Of a DNA stretch of 64,000 bases, positions 56,646 through 64,000 are shown one piece after another. The position numbers were made by a program, and so were the translations under genes. This stretch comes from Candidatus Uhrbacteria bacterium. GTDB lineage: Bacteria; Patescibacteriota; Patescibacteriia; UBA9934. Within the stretch, counting starts at the first letter, position 1; each line of letters starts with the position of its first letter. The notes beneath the pieces are model-generated. The model was not told the DNA's origin. It saw only the letters and a program-made list of their open reading frames with translations, and searched no databases. Location: NCBI GenBank assembly GCA_943354605.1, contig CALRCK010000004.1, forward strand, positions 23,584-87,583. The letters run 5' to 3'.

Positions 56646-58556
56646 TTATACCGCAGCGCCGTCGTCTTTCTTCTCTGTGAACTCCGCGTCTTTCGCTTCT
56701 GATCCCTGCGGAGATCCTTCGCCATGCTCAGGATGACTCGAGTTCTTCGCCGCGTCGTCCTTGGCGTACATTGCACCGCCAACACGCTGTGCTTCCTTGG
56801 AAAGGTCGTCACCCGCAGCCTTGATAGCCGCAAGATCGTCGGTGTCTTTCACTTTCTTTACCGCCTCCATCTTTTCCTCGAGGATCTTCTTATCTTCTTC
56901 AGAAACTTTGTCCTTATTGTCCGCCAACATCTTTTCCACGGTGTACACCATGGTATCCGCAATGTTGCGAGCCTCGATGAGTTCCTGCTTCTGCTTGTCC
57001 TCGGTGGCGTGGCTTTCTGCATCAGCCTTCATCTTTTCGATTTCTTCCTTCGAGAGACCGCTCGACGACGTGATCGTAATCGTCTGCGCCTTGTTCGTCG
57101 CCTTGTCGGTTGCGGAAACGTGCAAGATTCCGTTTGCGTCGATGTCGAACTTCACCTCGATCTGCGGCACGCCACGAGGTGCTGGTGGAATACCGGAGAG
57201 ATCAAACTGGCCGAGCACCTTGTTGTCGTTAAACATTGGGCGCTCGCCCTGGCCAACGCGAATCGTCACCGCTGGCTGGTTGTCGGCAGCAGTTGAGAAT
57301 ACCTGCGATTTGCTGGTCGGGATCGTCGTGTTGCGATCAATCAGCTTCGTGAACACGCTTCCCATGGTTTCGATTCCGAGAGAAAGAGGAGCAACGTCGA
57401 GGAGCAAAACGTCCTTCACGTCGCCCTGCATCACACCGGCCTGTACTGCAGCACCAACGGCAACCACTTCGTCTGGGTTCACGGTGACGTTTGGCTTTTT
57501 GCCAAAGAATGCTTCAACCTTTGTCAGCACCAGTGGCATGCGAGTCATACCTCCCACCATGACGATTTCGCCGATGTTCTTCGCGTCCATCTTTGCATCC
57601 GCAAGGGCCTTCTTCACTGGCTCCATGGTCTTATCGACCAATCCGCCGACGAGTTCCTCCAGCTTTGCGCGAGAAAGGGTCATCACCAAGTGCTTTGGTC
57701 CTTCAGCACCAGACGTGATGAATGGTTGGTTGATTTCTGTTGTCTGGGCGGTCGACAATTCAATCTTCGCGCGCTCTGCAGCATCCTTAATACGCTGCAT
57801 CGCCAATGCGTCGCCAGAAAGATCGATTCCCTCGAGCTTCTTAAACTCGTCGAGGATCCATTTCATGATAGTCAAATCGAAATCATCTCCACCAAGGTGT
57901 GTGTCACCATTCGTCGCCAATACCTCTACCGTGCCTTCAGAAACGTCGAGCACAGACACGTCGAACGTTCCACCGCCGAGATCGTACACCACAATTTTCT
58001 GACCAACTTTCTTATCAAAACCATACGCAAGCGCAGCAGCCGTTGGTTCGTTGATGATGCGCAAAACTTTCAATCCAGCGATCTCACCGGCATCTTTCGT
58101 TGCCTGACGTTGCGCGTCGTCGAAGTACGCAGGAACGGTAATCACGGCTTCTGAAATCTTTTCACCGGTCTTCTCCTCCGCATCAGCTTTGATTTTGCTC
58201 AACACCATTGCCGAAATTTCCTGTGGCGAGAAATCCTTCTCACCCATCTTGATCGCCACTCCCTCGCCACGAGCGACGATAGAGAACGGCATGAGCTTGA
58301 TGTCGCGCTGAACTTCCTCATCACTAAACCGACGACCGATAAGGCGCTTGATCGAATACAACGTATTCTTCGGGTTCGTCACCGCCTGTCGCTTTGCCGG
58401 CTGACCCACAAGGCGCTCCCCATTCTTCGCAACCGCGATGATGGACGGCGTTGTGCGCATTCCCTCCTTATTCTCCAAAACCTTCGGCTGTCCGCCTTCC
58501 ATAATTGCCACGCACGAATTTGTCGTCCCTAAATCGATTCCAAGGATCTTTGACAT
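56646..58556 (-). CDS. dnaK: Chaperone DnaK (Hsp70)
   Basis: Motifs IDLGTTNS and DLGGGTFD. 636 aa. Confidence 0.95.
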   Translation of the reverse strand: MSKILGIDLGTTNSCVAIMEGGQPKVLENKEGMRTTPSIIAVAKNGERLVGQPAKRQAVTNPKNTLYSIKRLIGRRFSDEEVQRDIKLMPFSIVARGEGVAIKMGEKDFSPQEISAMVLSKIKADAEEKTGEKISEAVITVPAYFDDAQRQATKDAGEIAGLKVLRIINEPTAAALAYGFDKKVGQKIVVYDLGGGTFDVSVLDVSEGTVEVLATNGDTHLGGDDFDLTIMKWILDEFKKLEGIDLSGDALAMQRIKDAAERAKIELSTAQTTEINQPFITSGAEGPKHLVMTLSRAKLEELVGGLVDKTMEPVKKALADAKMDAKNIGEIVMVGGMTRMPLVLTKVEAFFGKKPNVTVNPDEVVAVGAAVQAGVMQGDVKDVLLLDVAPLSLGIETMGSVFTKLIDRNTTIPTSKSQVFSTAADNQPAVTIRVGQGERPMFNDNKVLGQFDLSGIPPAPRGVPQIEVKFDIDANGILHVSATDKATNKAQTITITSSSGLSKEEIEKMKADAESHATEDKQKQELIEARNIADTMVYTVEKMLADNKDKVSEEDKKILEEKMEAVKKVKDTDDLAAIKAAGDDLSKEAQRVGGAMYAKDDAAKNSSHPEHGEGSPQGSEAKDAEFTEKKDDGAAV

Positions 58557-58559
58557 AGA

Positions 58560-59126
58560 TTATTCATTAACAATTACTTTTGCAGGACGCAGAACAACGT
58601 CACCAATCTTCCATCCCTTGATCAGTTCTTCCACGATCTCGTGTTCTTTCTTTCCGGGCTCCGATCGGGAGCCGCCACTCTCGTGGAGATTTGGATCGAA
58701 GATGGTGCCGACGCTCGGAATCGGTTCAACTCCCATGTTCTTCATTGCTTCGGCGAACTGGCGCTCAATGTGGCCGATGCCTTGGAACCAGGTGTCGAAC
58801 TTTTTCTTGAACTCTTCCGAACACTCGCTGATGTCGGGAACGTGTTTGGTGACGTAGCCGAAGTTGTCGACGACGGGGAGTAGATCCTCTGCGAGATTCG
58901 ATCGAACTCGGCGGCGATCGTCGTCGCGGGCGCTGGAGTTTTGCTTTTGCAGATTTTCGTAATCCGCGAGAGCGCGCTTCCAGCCGGAGAGGTATTCGGC
59001 GCATTTCGTCTGAAGGGCGTGGAGGTCGGAAGCTGCCGCATCGGGCTCAGGCCCCCCTCCGACTCCCCCCATAAATGGAGGGAGAGGTGTCTCCTGATCT
59101 GGTCCGTTCTTTTCTTCGTCCGTCAT
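58560..59126 (-). CDS. grpE: Nucleotide exchange factor GrpE, carrying an in-frame half-element insertion in its N-terminal tail
   Basis: GrpE coiled coil and C-terminal beta-domain (..DNFGYVTKHV..GWKIGDVVLRPAKVIVN). The N-terminal tail reads ..QETPLPPFMGGVGGGPEPD.., encoded by the repeat. Confidence 0.85.
   Translation of the reverse strand: MTDEEKNGPDQETPLPPFMGGVGGGPEPDAAASDLHALQTKCAEYLSGWKRALADYENLQKQNSSARDDDRRRVRSNLAEDLLPVVDNFGYVTKHVPDISECSEEFKKKFDTWFQGIGHIERQFAEAMKNMGVEPIPSVGTIFDPNLHESGGSRSEPGKKEHEIVEELIKGWKIGDVVLRPAKVIVNE
59051..59086. repeat. GC-rich palindromic element, module A only (copy 3, in grpE)
   Basis: gcccccctccgactccccccATAAATggagggagag. Same orientation as copies 1 and 2. 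Confidence 0.65.
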
Positions 59127-59128
59127 AG

Positions 59129-59824
59129 TTAAAGATCATGTTCTTCAAGGATTCTTTTTGCTTCAGAGAGAAGTGCAACGTTTCGGGCGTAGTTCATTCG
59201 CAGAGGGCCGACGATGGAGAGGACGCCAATTTCGCCATTTGGTAACTGGTGGCGGACGATGACGGTGGCGAGACGCTTGCCCATGGGACTTTCTTCGCCG
59301 AGAAGGATTCGCACCTCGCTTGGCGCAACATTCATCACACTCGTGGCGTCGCGTTCCAGGCGCTCAATGTCTTCGGCCAGTGCGAGGAGCATATTGTCCT
59401 CCTTGAAGTCTGGCTTTCGCAGAAGGTTTGCCACGCCAAGGGCGGAGGTTTGGTGTTCGTTGGTGACAATAACCGCGTCGCCAGAAAGATCGGCAAGTCG
59501 GCGGCCAAGAAACTGGATCTTAGATTCGAGGGATCGAATTTCCTCCATCGCGCTCCGAAGCTCCGTGGCAACTTTTGGCTGCTTGGCCGGAGCAACGTTG
59601 GCAAGGTAGTAGCGATAGCCTTCTTCCGTAGGAACTCGACCAGCGGACGTATGCGGCTGGTACACATACCCTTCTTCCTCCAGCTCCATCATGTCGTTGC
59701 GGACGGTGGCTGGAGAACAATCAAGGTCGTACTTTTCACAAAGGAGTTGGGACGATACTGGCAGAGCGTTTTCGACGTATTCGTCGATAACGAGCTGTAG
59801 AATATGAGATTGACGCGTATTCAT
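59129..59824 (-). CDS. hrcA: Heat-inducible transcription repressor HrcA
   Basis: N-terminal winged-helix region (ILQLVIDEYVENALPVSSQLL..TVRNDMMELEEEGYV). 231 aa. First gene of the hrcA-grpE-dnaK-dnaJ operon. Confidence 0.85.
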   Translation of the reverse strand: MNTRQSHILQLVIDEYVENALPVSSQLLCEKYDLDCSPATVRNDMMELEEEGYVYQPHTSAGRVPTEEGYRYYLANVAPAKQPKVATELRSAMEEIRSLESKIQFLGRRLADLSGDAVIVTNEHQTSALGVANLLRKPDFKEDNMLLALAEDIERLERDATSVMNVAPSEVRILLGEESPMGKRLATVIVRHQLPNGEIGVLSIVGPLRMNYARNVALLSEAKRILEEHDL

Positions 59825-59843
59825 AGGGCCTGTGAACGCTCAA

Positions 59844-59870
59844 TTAGCACTCAATAGTATAGAGTGCTAA
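59844..59870. promoter_or_regulatory. CIRCE operator (HrcA binding site) of the hrcA-grpE-dnaK operon
   Basis: Perfect TTAGCACTC-N9-GAGTGCTAA (spacer aatagtata), 20 bp upstream of the hrcA start. Confidence 0.9.
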
Positions 59871-59884
59871 CAAAAAAGTGTCAA
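59856..59884 (-). promoter_or_regulatory. Sigma-70-like promoter TTGACA-N17-TATACT on the minus strand, overlapped by CIRCE
   Basis: Reverse complement reads ttgacacttttttgttagcactcTATACT. The -10 lies inside the CIRCE spacer. Confidence 0.65.
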
Positions 59885-59921
59885 AATTGAGTTGTCCCCA
59901 GAACACAAAGACCCCCAGCCA

Positions 59922-60776
59922 TTAGGCAGCCATCGTATAGCGATTTTGGGGATGAGCAGGGTTTTCTGCTGAAATAGGAGTTGCCTCTGGAAATTCGGAT
60001 GTGTATGCATGTTCTCGTTGTTCTGCTGCAGGCGTCTGGTTCAAAAATTGCCGGCACTGATCAAAGGTAATTGGAATTTGCATGTCACCAGACTCTCGCA
60101 GTCCCATCCCATTCGACTGAGCAATACGCTGTGCACTTTCCACATCGGCAAGACTTCGCACTAACGTCACTTCTCTCGACCCCGTCTCCACCGCAAGAAT
60201 ATAGGCGAAATCATTAATCAAGGGGCAAAATATACGCTGTCCGGTTTTCACCGGCGGAACATACTGCTCAACAACAGGGCGAGTTTCGCTCAATGGGGTG
60301 AAACTCGAACGCTGCGGCAAACGCGCCAACAGTGTTTTTCGTGCTTCCATGACATTTGCCTGTGCTGTCGCCCTCTTCTTCCAAATTGCTTCACGATACG
60401 CCTCTTGATACGCCAATTTTTCCTCCGGCGTCATTTCCGAGAGCGTCTTTGGTGCTTCAACTTTCGCCTCTGCCACAGCTTCCGGCACAGCCTCAACCGG
60501 AGTTTCGGCCGCAGCAGCCGGAATCGATTCTGCATCCCTGGCCGCAGCCGCAGCGCGGGCAGTCTTTTCGTTGATTGCACGAATTTGCTCGGCGACGTGA
60601 TCGTCTACAGCGGTATTATTTATCGCGACAACCTCCCCGCCTTGCTCAGCCTTTTGCTTTGCCGATGCTGCCGCAAAACGCTCGCTCATCGTCATGCGTG
60701 GCTTCTGCAAGACTGGTGGCGGCGCAATGTCGTGATGCACACCAGATATTTTTGGAGCGTCAAATCCCATTACCAT
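59922..60776 (-). CDS. Hypothetical protein
   Basis: 284 aa with an Ala/Glu-rich low-complexity middle. No family recognised. Confidence 0.4.
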   Translation of the reverse strand: MVMGFDAPKISGVHHDIAPPPVLQKPRMTMSERFAAASAKQKAEQGGEVVAINNTAVDDHVAEQIRAINEKTARAAAAARDAESIPAAAAETPVEAVPEAVAEAKVEAPKTLSEMTPEEKLAYQEAYREAIWKKRATAQANVMEARKTLLARLPQRSSFTPLSETRPVVEQYVPPVKTGQRIFCPLINDFAYILAVETGSREVTLVRSLADVESAQRIAQSNGMGLRESGDMQIPITFDQCRQFLNQTPAAEQREHAYTSEFPEATPISAENPAHPQNRYTMAA

Positions 60777-60785
60777 AAAAAAGCA

Positions 60786-62477
60786 TTATCCTCGCTCGCT
60801 CACCCAGTGCATGTACGTCTTTGCCAAAGAGCTCCACATCGTCTTCTTCTCTTTCCGCTTTGCCAAAAACTCTCCAAAACGCTCGCCAGAAAGAATGCTT
60901 GGCACAATCACGAACGTTGCCCCCAAATCATAGCATCGCTTGGCATCTTGCGACGATTTAACGGTGACCACAATCGATGCCTTGCTGTGCCTGTGGCGGA
61001 AAAAGTCAAGAATCGCGTCGTTCACGCTCATATCCGGAATTGTCGAAATAACGAGTTTCGCTTTATCCACGTGCGCCATCATCAGCACGTCTTCACTACC
61101 CACATCGCCGTACATCACCGGCTTGCCGTCGACGAGCAATCGCTCAACCACGGCAGGATTAAAATCGATAATGCGATATTCGTCGGTCATCTCCTCAATC
61201 TTCGGAAGAATTTCGAGACCCATTCTGTCGTATCCAAGCAATACCACATCGCTTCCCGCATGCCTCACATCGTCGTGCTCGCGCTTTTTGGAAGGAAAGT
61301 ACACTGATAGTTTTTCGTAGATGCGCTCATTGTACGCAACAAGATACGACGACCCCGCAATGGTGATGAGGCCAACAATGGTCGCAAGCGTCATCGCTTC
61401 GGGCAACACATACCCACCGACAATTCCCGCGGCGAGCATGATGAACGAAAACTCGCTGATCTGCGCAACGGTGGTTCCGGCAAGGAACGCGGTACGCGAA
61501 TGATATCCCATGAAGCGCATAATGAACTGCGCGATTAATGGGTTTCCAATGAGAACATACACACTCAACACGATTGCTGGAACAAGGACACGATCAAACG
61601 CGCCAAGCGTGAGATGCGTGCCAAGAACAATAAAGAAAATGATCAGGAAGAAATCGCGCAGCGAACGAATCTTTGCTTCAATCTCGTGTTGGAATCCCGT
61701 ACCCGCAAGCGAAACGCCAGCAAGCAACGCACCGCTTTCAATGCCGAAGCCAACGTATTGCAGCGCACTCGCCACCGCAAAACACCACCCAAGCGCAATC
61801 AAGAAGAGCAATTCCTGACTTCGTGCCGCATACGTAAACACCTTTGGCACTACAAGCTTTGCGAGCAGCCACAACACAAACATTGTCATCAATCCTTTGC
61901 CAAGCGAAAATGTGAGAATTGCGCGCAAGTCTTGCCCGTCGTGCATCGCGGAAAGCACCAACAAAATCAGCATCGCAATAATGTCTTGAACAATGAGCAT
62001 TCCCACGGCAATGCGGCCGTACAAACGATCAAGGTCTTCTTTGTCTGTCAGTAGCTTCACGATGATGATCGTCGATGAGAAGGAAAATGCAACACCAAGA
62101 AAGATCGCTGTTGGCAACGGCACACTGAGGGCAAGTGCAATGCTCGTGCCGATGATGGACGTAATGATGACCTGCGCCGATCCCGCGATCAGTGCGACGC
62201 GACCAACGTCTTTCACGTTGCGCCAGTTGAGGTTCAGTCCAACGATGAAAAGGAGGAACGCAATGCCGATACTCGACATCGTTTCAAACACGTCCACCGA
62301 ATGCGCAAGGTTGAACAATCCCGGACCCACCACAATCCCCGTTGCGATGTACGCGATGATGAGCGGCTGCCTCAACTTATACGCAATGAGCGAAAACAAC
62401 CCCGCAGTCATCATGACCGCCGCGATTTCGAGAAAAAGGGAGTTCATCATAATCACTATCGAGGTTTTTCCGACCAC
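60786..62477 (-). CDS. CPA2-family K+/H+ antiporter with C-terminal RCK (TrkA-N) domain (KefB/KefC-like)
   Basis: 12-13 TM helices plus Rossmann-like block VVLLGYDRMGLEILPKI... Confidence 0.8.
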   Translation of the reverse strand: MVGKTSIVIMMNSLFLEIAAVMMTAGLFSLIAYKLRQPLIIAYIATGIVVGPGLFNLAHSVDVFETMSSIGIAFLLFIVGLNLNWRNVKDVGRVALIAGSAQVIITSIIGTSIALALSVPLPTAIFLGVAFSFSSTIIIVKLLTDKEDLDRLYGRIAVGMLIVQDIIAMLILLVLSAMHDGQDLRAILTFSLGKGLMTMFVLWLLAKLVVPKVFTYAARSQELLFLIALGWCFAVASALQYVGFGIESGALLAGVSLAGTGFQHEIEAKIRSLRDFFLIIFFIVLGTHLTLGAFDRVLVPAIVLSVYVLIGNPLIAQFIMRFMGYHSRTAFLAGTTVAQISEFSFIMLAAGIVGGYVLPEAMTLATIVGLITIAGSSYLVAYNERIYEKLSVYFPSKKREHDDVRHAGSDVVLLGYDRMGLEILPKIEEMTDEYRIIDFNPAVVERLLVDGKPVMYGDVGSEDVLMMAHVDKAKLVISTIPDMSVNDAILDFFRHRHSKASIVVTVKSSQDAKRCYDLGATFVIVPSILSGERFGEFLAKRKEKKTMWSSLAKTYMHWVSERG

Positions 62478-62972
62478 TCTGTTGTTCGGATACGCTCTTT
62501 TGCCGATTCACTCAAACGAAACTGCTGTGCGTCGGCAATGGCCTGCGGAAATTCTTTTCGCAACTGTGCAGCAGAAACGCCCATTACCCACATGGCTTGT
62601 TCTGCAACTTCTTTTGGTGAGCCACCTTCAAGAAACCCCTGCTCCTGATCAAGCACGTGCGCCGCGTACTCCGGCCCAAACACAACCGTCTTCCCCTCGC
62701 GCCGCCAATTCGCCGGAGGATTCTGCTGTTCTTTGCGAAGGGTGGAATCGTATCGAAAGTCAGGTTGGAGGAATCCAAACATATATGACGGAAGTATAGC
62801 AGATTCTGCGGCGATCCCTGGTGTACTTCCTGCATTTGCAGCAAGGTCGATCGAGCACATCGCTGTTCTTTATCGCAAGAGCGATCATCAGTTACGGGAC
62901 ATGCTTTTGAAGCCGTTCTCGCTAACGCAATACGTAGTCAAAGCATCAAGGCGGTATCGATGGAAGTCACAT

Positions 62973-63005
62973 AAAAATACCGCCCAGTGTTGGACGGTAT
63001 TTTTG
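62973..63005. terminator. Intrinsic-terminator-like hairpin
   Basis: aaaataccg-cccagtgttgga-cggtatttttgg with A-runs and T-runs on both sides, so it could act on either strand. Confidence 0.45.
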
Positions 63006-63172
63006 GTGACCTCACGCATAATCGTCATGAACTATCTCAAAAAGGCATCGCAACTTATCCCATTGATGCAGGTGTGGAATGGCGACGTTCGCCGCTTTTT
63101 GGGACGCAAACCGTCCCCGCAATCGTTTGTCGTGACGTACTGAATGTTGTATATTGAAGGCAAATAACTATT

Positions 63173-63424
63173 ATGCTGAACGAAAATCCACCTCTTGAAT
63201 CCGCAGACGACTTGGTTGATGTTGTTGAAAACATTATCGCCATGTCTACCAAGGGGGAGGAAAAACATATCGAGGGAACGGTACTTGGAATTGATGGTCG
63301 CCGCGTCACTCTTGCCGAAGAGGAACAGGAGGGAACGATGTATTTCGTATCTGCCCGCGATCCCATGAACTGGGGACGACTGGAGGAAACGGAAGAAGAA
63401 CGCAAGAAAAATAAAGATTTGTGA
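63173..63424 (+). CDS. Small acidic hypothetical protein (AT-rich terminal region)
   Basis: 83-aa ORF. Its stop overlaps the next ORF start (GTGA), suggesting translational coupling. Confidence 0.3.
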   Translation: MLNENPPLESADDLVDVVENIIAMSTKGEEKHIEGTVLGIDGRRVTLAEEEQEGTMYFVSARDPMNWGRLEETEEERKKNKDL

Positions 63425-63837
63425 TAGAAACGGAGATCCAAAATCAGTTTGTGGAGTTACGCGCCAAGGGGTTGAGCTTTGCTTCAATCGCTGAACGTTT
63501 GAGCGTCTCTAAAACAACACTTATCGCTTGGAGTAGGGATTTGAAGGAAGACATAGCAAACATGCGCCAGATCGAGTTAGAAGCCCTCAGGGAGAAGTAC
63601 CGCATGGGAGTGGAGCACCGAACAGAGCTGTTTTCCAAGCAGCTCAACGCCATCGAGGGGGAGTTGGGCAAGCGCGACCTTTCCACGGTGCCCACAGAAC
63701 GCCTCATGGACTTGCTCATGAAGTTTGGCAAGGAACTGGCCACGACTGATGCGCCGCTTGCCCTTCAGCTTCGCATGCCTCATTACGAACCGGATTTTCA
63801 ATATGGTGAGGAGTTGATGAGACGATGGGTTGCCTGA
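63421..63837 (+). CDS. HTH + leucine-zipper-like coiled-coil protein (IS3-OrfA-like or phage small-terminase-like DNA-binding protein)
   Basis: HTH region ELRAKGLSFASIAERLSVSKTTLIAWSRDL followed by a heptad-rich helix. AT-rich context. Confidence 0.35.
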   Translation: MIETEIQNQFVELRAKGLSFASIAERLSVSKTTLIAWSRDLKEDIANMRQIELEALREKYRMGVEHRTELFSKQLNAIEGELGKRDLSTVPTERLMDLLMKFGKELATTDAPLALQLRMPHYEPDFQYGEELMRRWVA

Positions 63838-63889
63838 AGAACACCTCCGGCCTCTTTTTTCGTAAAAATGCACATAAATGGGTGATTTT

Positions 63890-63918
63890 ATTGACAAAAC
63901 TCCATTTTTCTGCTATTA
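63890..63918 (+). promoter_or_regulatory. Near-consensus sigma-70 promoter TTGACA-N17-TATTAT
   Basis: ttgacaaaactccatttttctgctattat. The downstream transcript is of unknown nature and the window ends about 80 nt later. Confidence 0.55.
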
Positions 63919-64000
63919 TGATATGTTACAAGTGATCAGGAGAGCTGCCTTTTTATACCCATCACGAAGTGGTGATTATAGATGGGCATCCCGCCCGCGA

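Noticed and set aside
62733-63487. + strand ORF 62733..63143 and minus-strand ORFs 63032..63487, 63055..63441 and 63444..63743
   Set aside because: The translations are W/C/S-rich or otherwise non-protein-like, and they mutually overlap. The coupled + strand pair 63173..63424 / 63421..63837 has more protein-like composition and a GTGA stop-start overlap.
1-64000. CRISPR array
   Set aside because: No run of regularly spaced direct repeats with unique spacers was seen. The repeats present are dispersed single copies.

Overview
This 64-kb window is mostly housekeeping genes of a moderate-GC (about 50-53%) bacterium. Several traits suggest a reduced or streamlined genome, possibly from the CPR/Patescibacteria group, but this is inference: a short AlaRS, a PriA with a degenerate helicase core, RpoA without a C-terminal domain, and a PduL-type acyltransferase.

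Recognisable content:
- tRNA synthetases serS (5' end truncated by the window edge), gltX and alaS.
- An alr-ftsQ-like pair, bcp, ppa, def-fmt, and a priA-like gene.
- A polysaccharide locus: wzy-like ligase, a GT4-GT2 fusion glycosyltransferase, and a wzx flippase.
- A ribosomal-protein/rpoA operon (rpmJ-rpsM-rpsK-rpsD-rpoA-rplQ, then rplM-rpsI) and infA.
- murJ, era, a mutY-like glycosylase, a beta-CASP nuclease, dus, rimK, a riboflavin kinase, dnaX and ddl.
- A complete hrcA-grpE-dnaK-(2 small ORFs)-dnaJ heat-shock operon.
- Two perfect CIRCE operators, one at the hrcA operon and one in front of clpB.
- tRNA-Arg(CCG) and tRNA-Gln(CUG).

The non-routine content is dominated by small dispersed repeats and compositional islands:
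1. A GC-rich, two-module palindromic element is inserted in-frame in three unrelated genes (the GT fusion, dnaX and grpE). It adds Pro/Gly-rich peptide segments and is reminiscent of Rickettsia palindromic elements.
2. At least six short, very high-GC, GC3-rich islands each carry one or two small secreted or membrane ORFs, including a CotH-like lipoprotein. They look like recent acquisitions from a high-GC donor.
3. A roughly 115-bp repeat is present in three same-orientation copies, two of them abutting tRNA genes.
4. A second inverted-repeat structured element family has two copies.
5. Two AT-rich islands: one with a homing-endonuclease-associated-repeat protein, one with an RsbW-like small GHKL ATPase plus an unknown partner.
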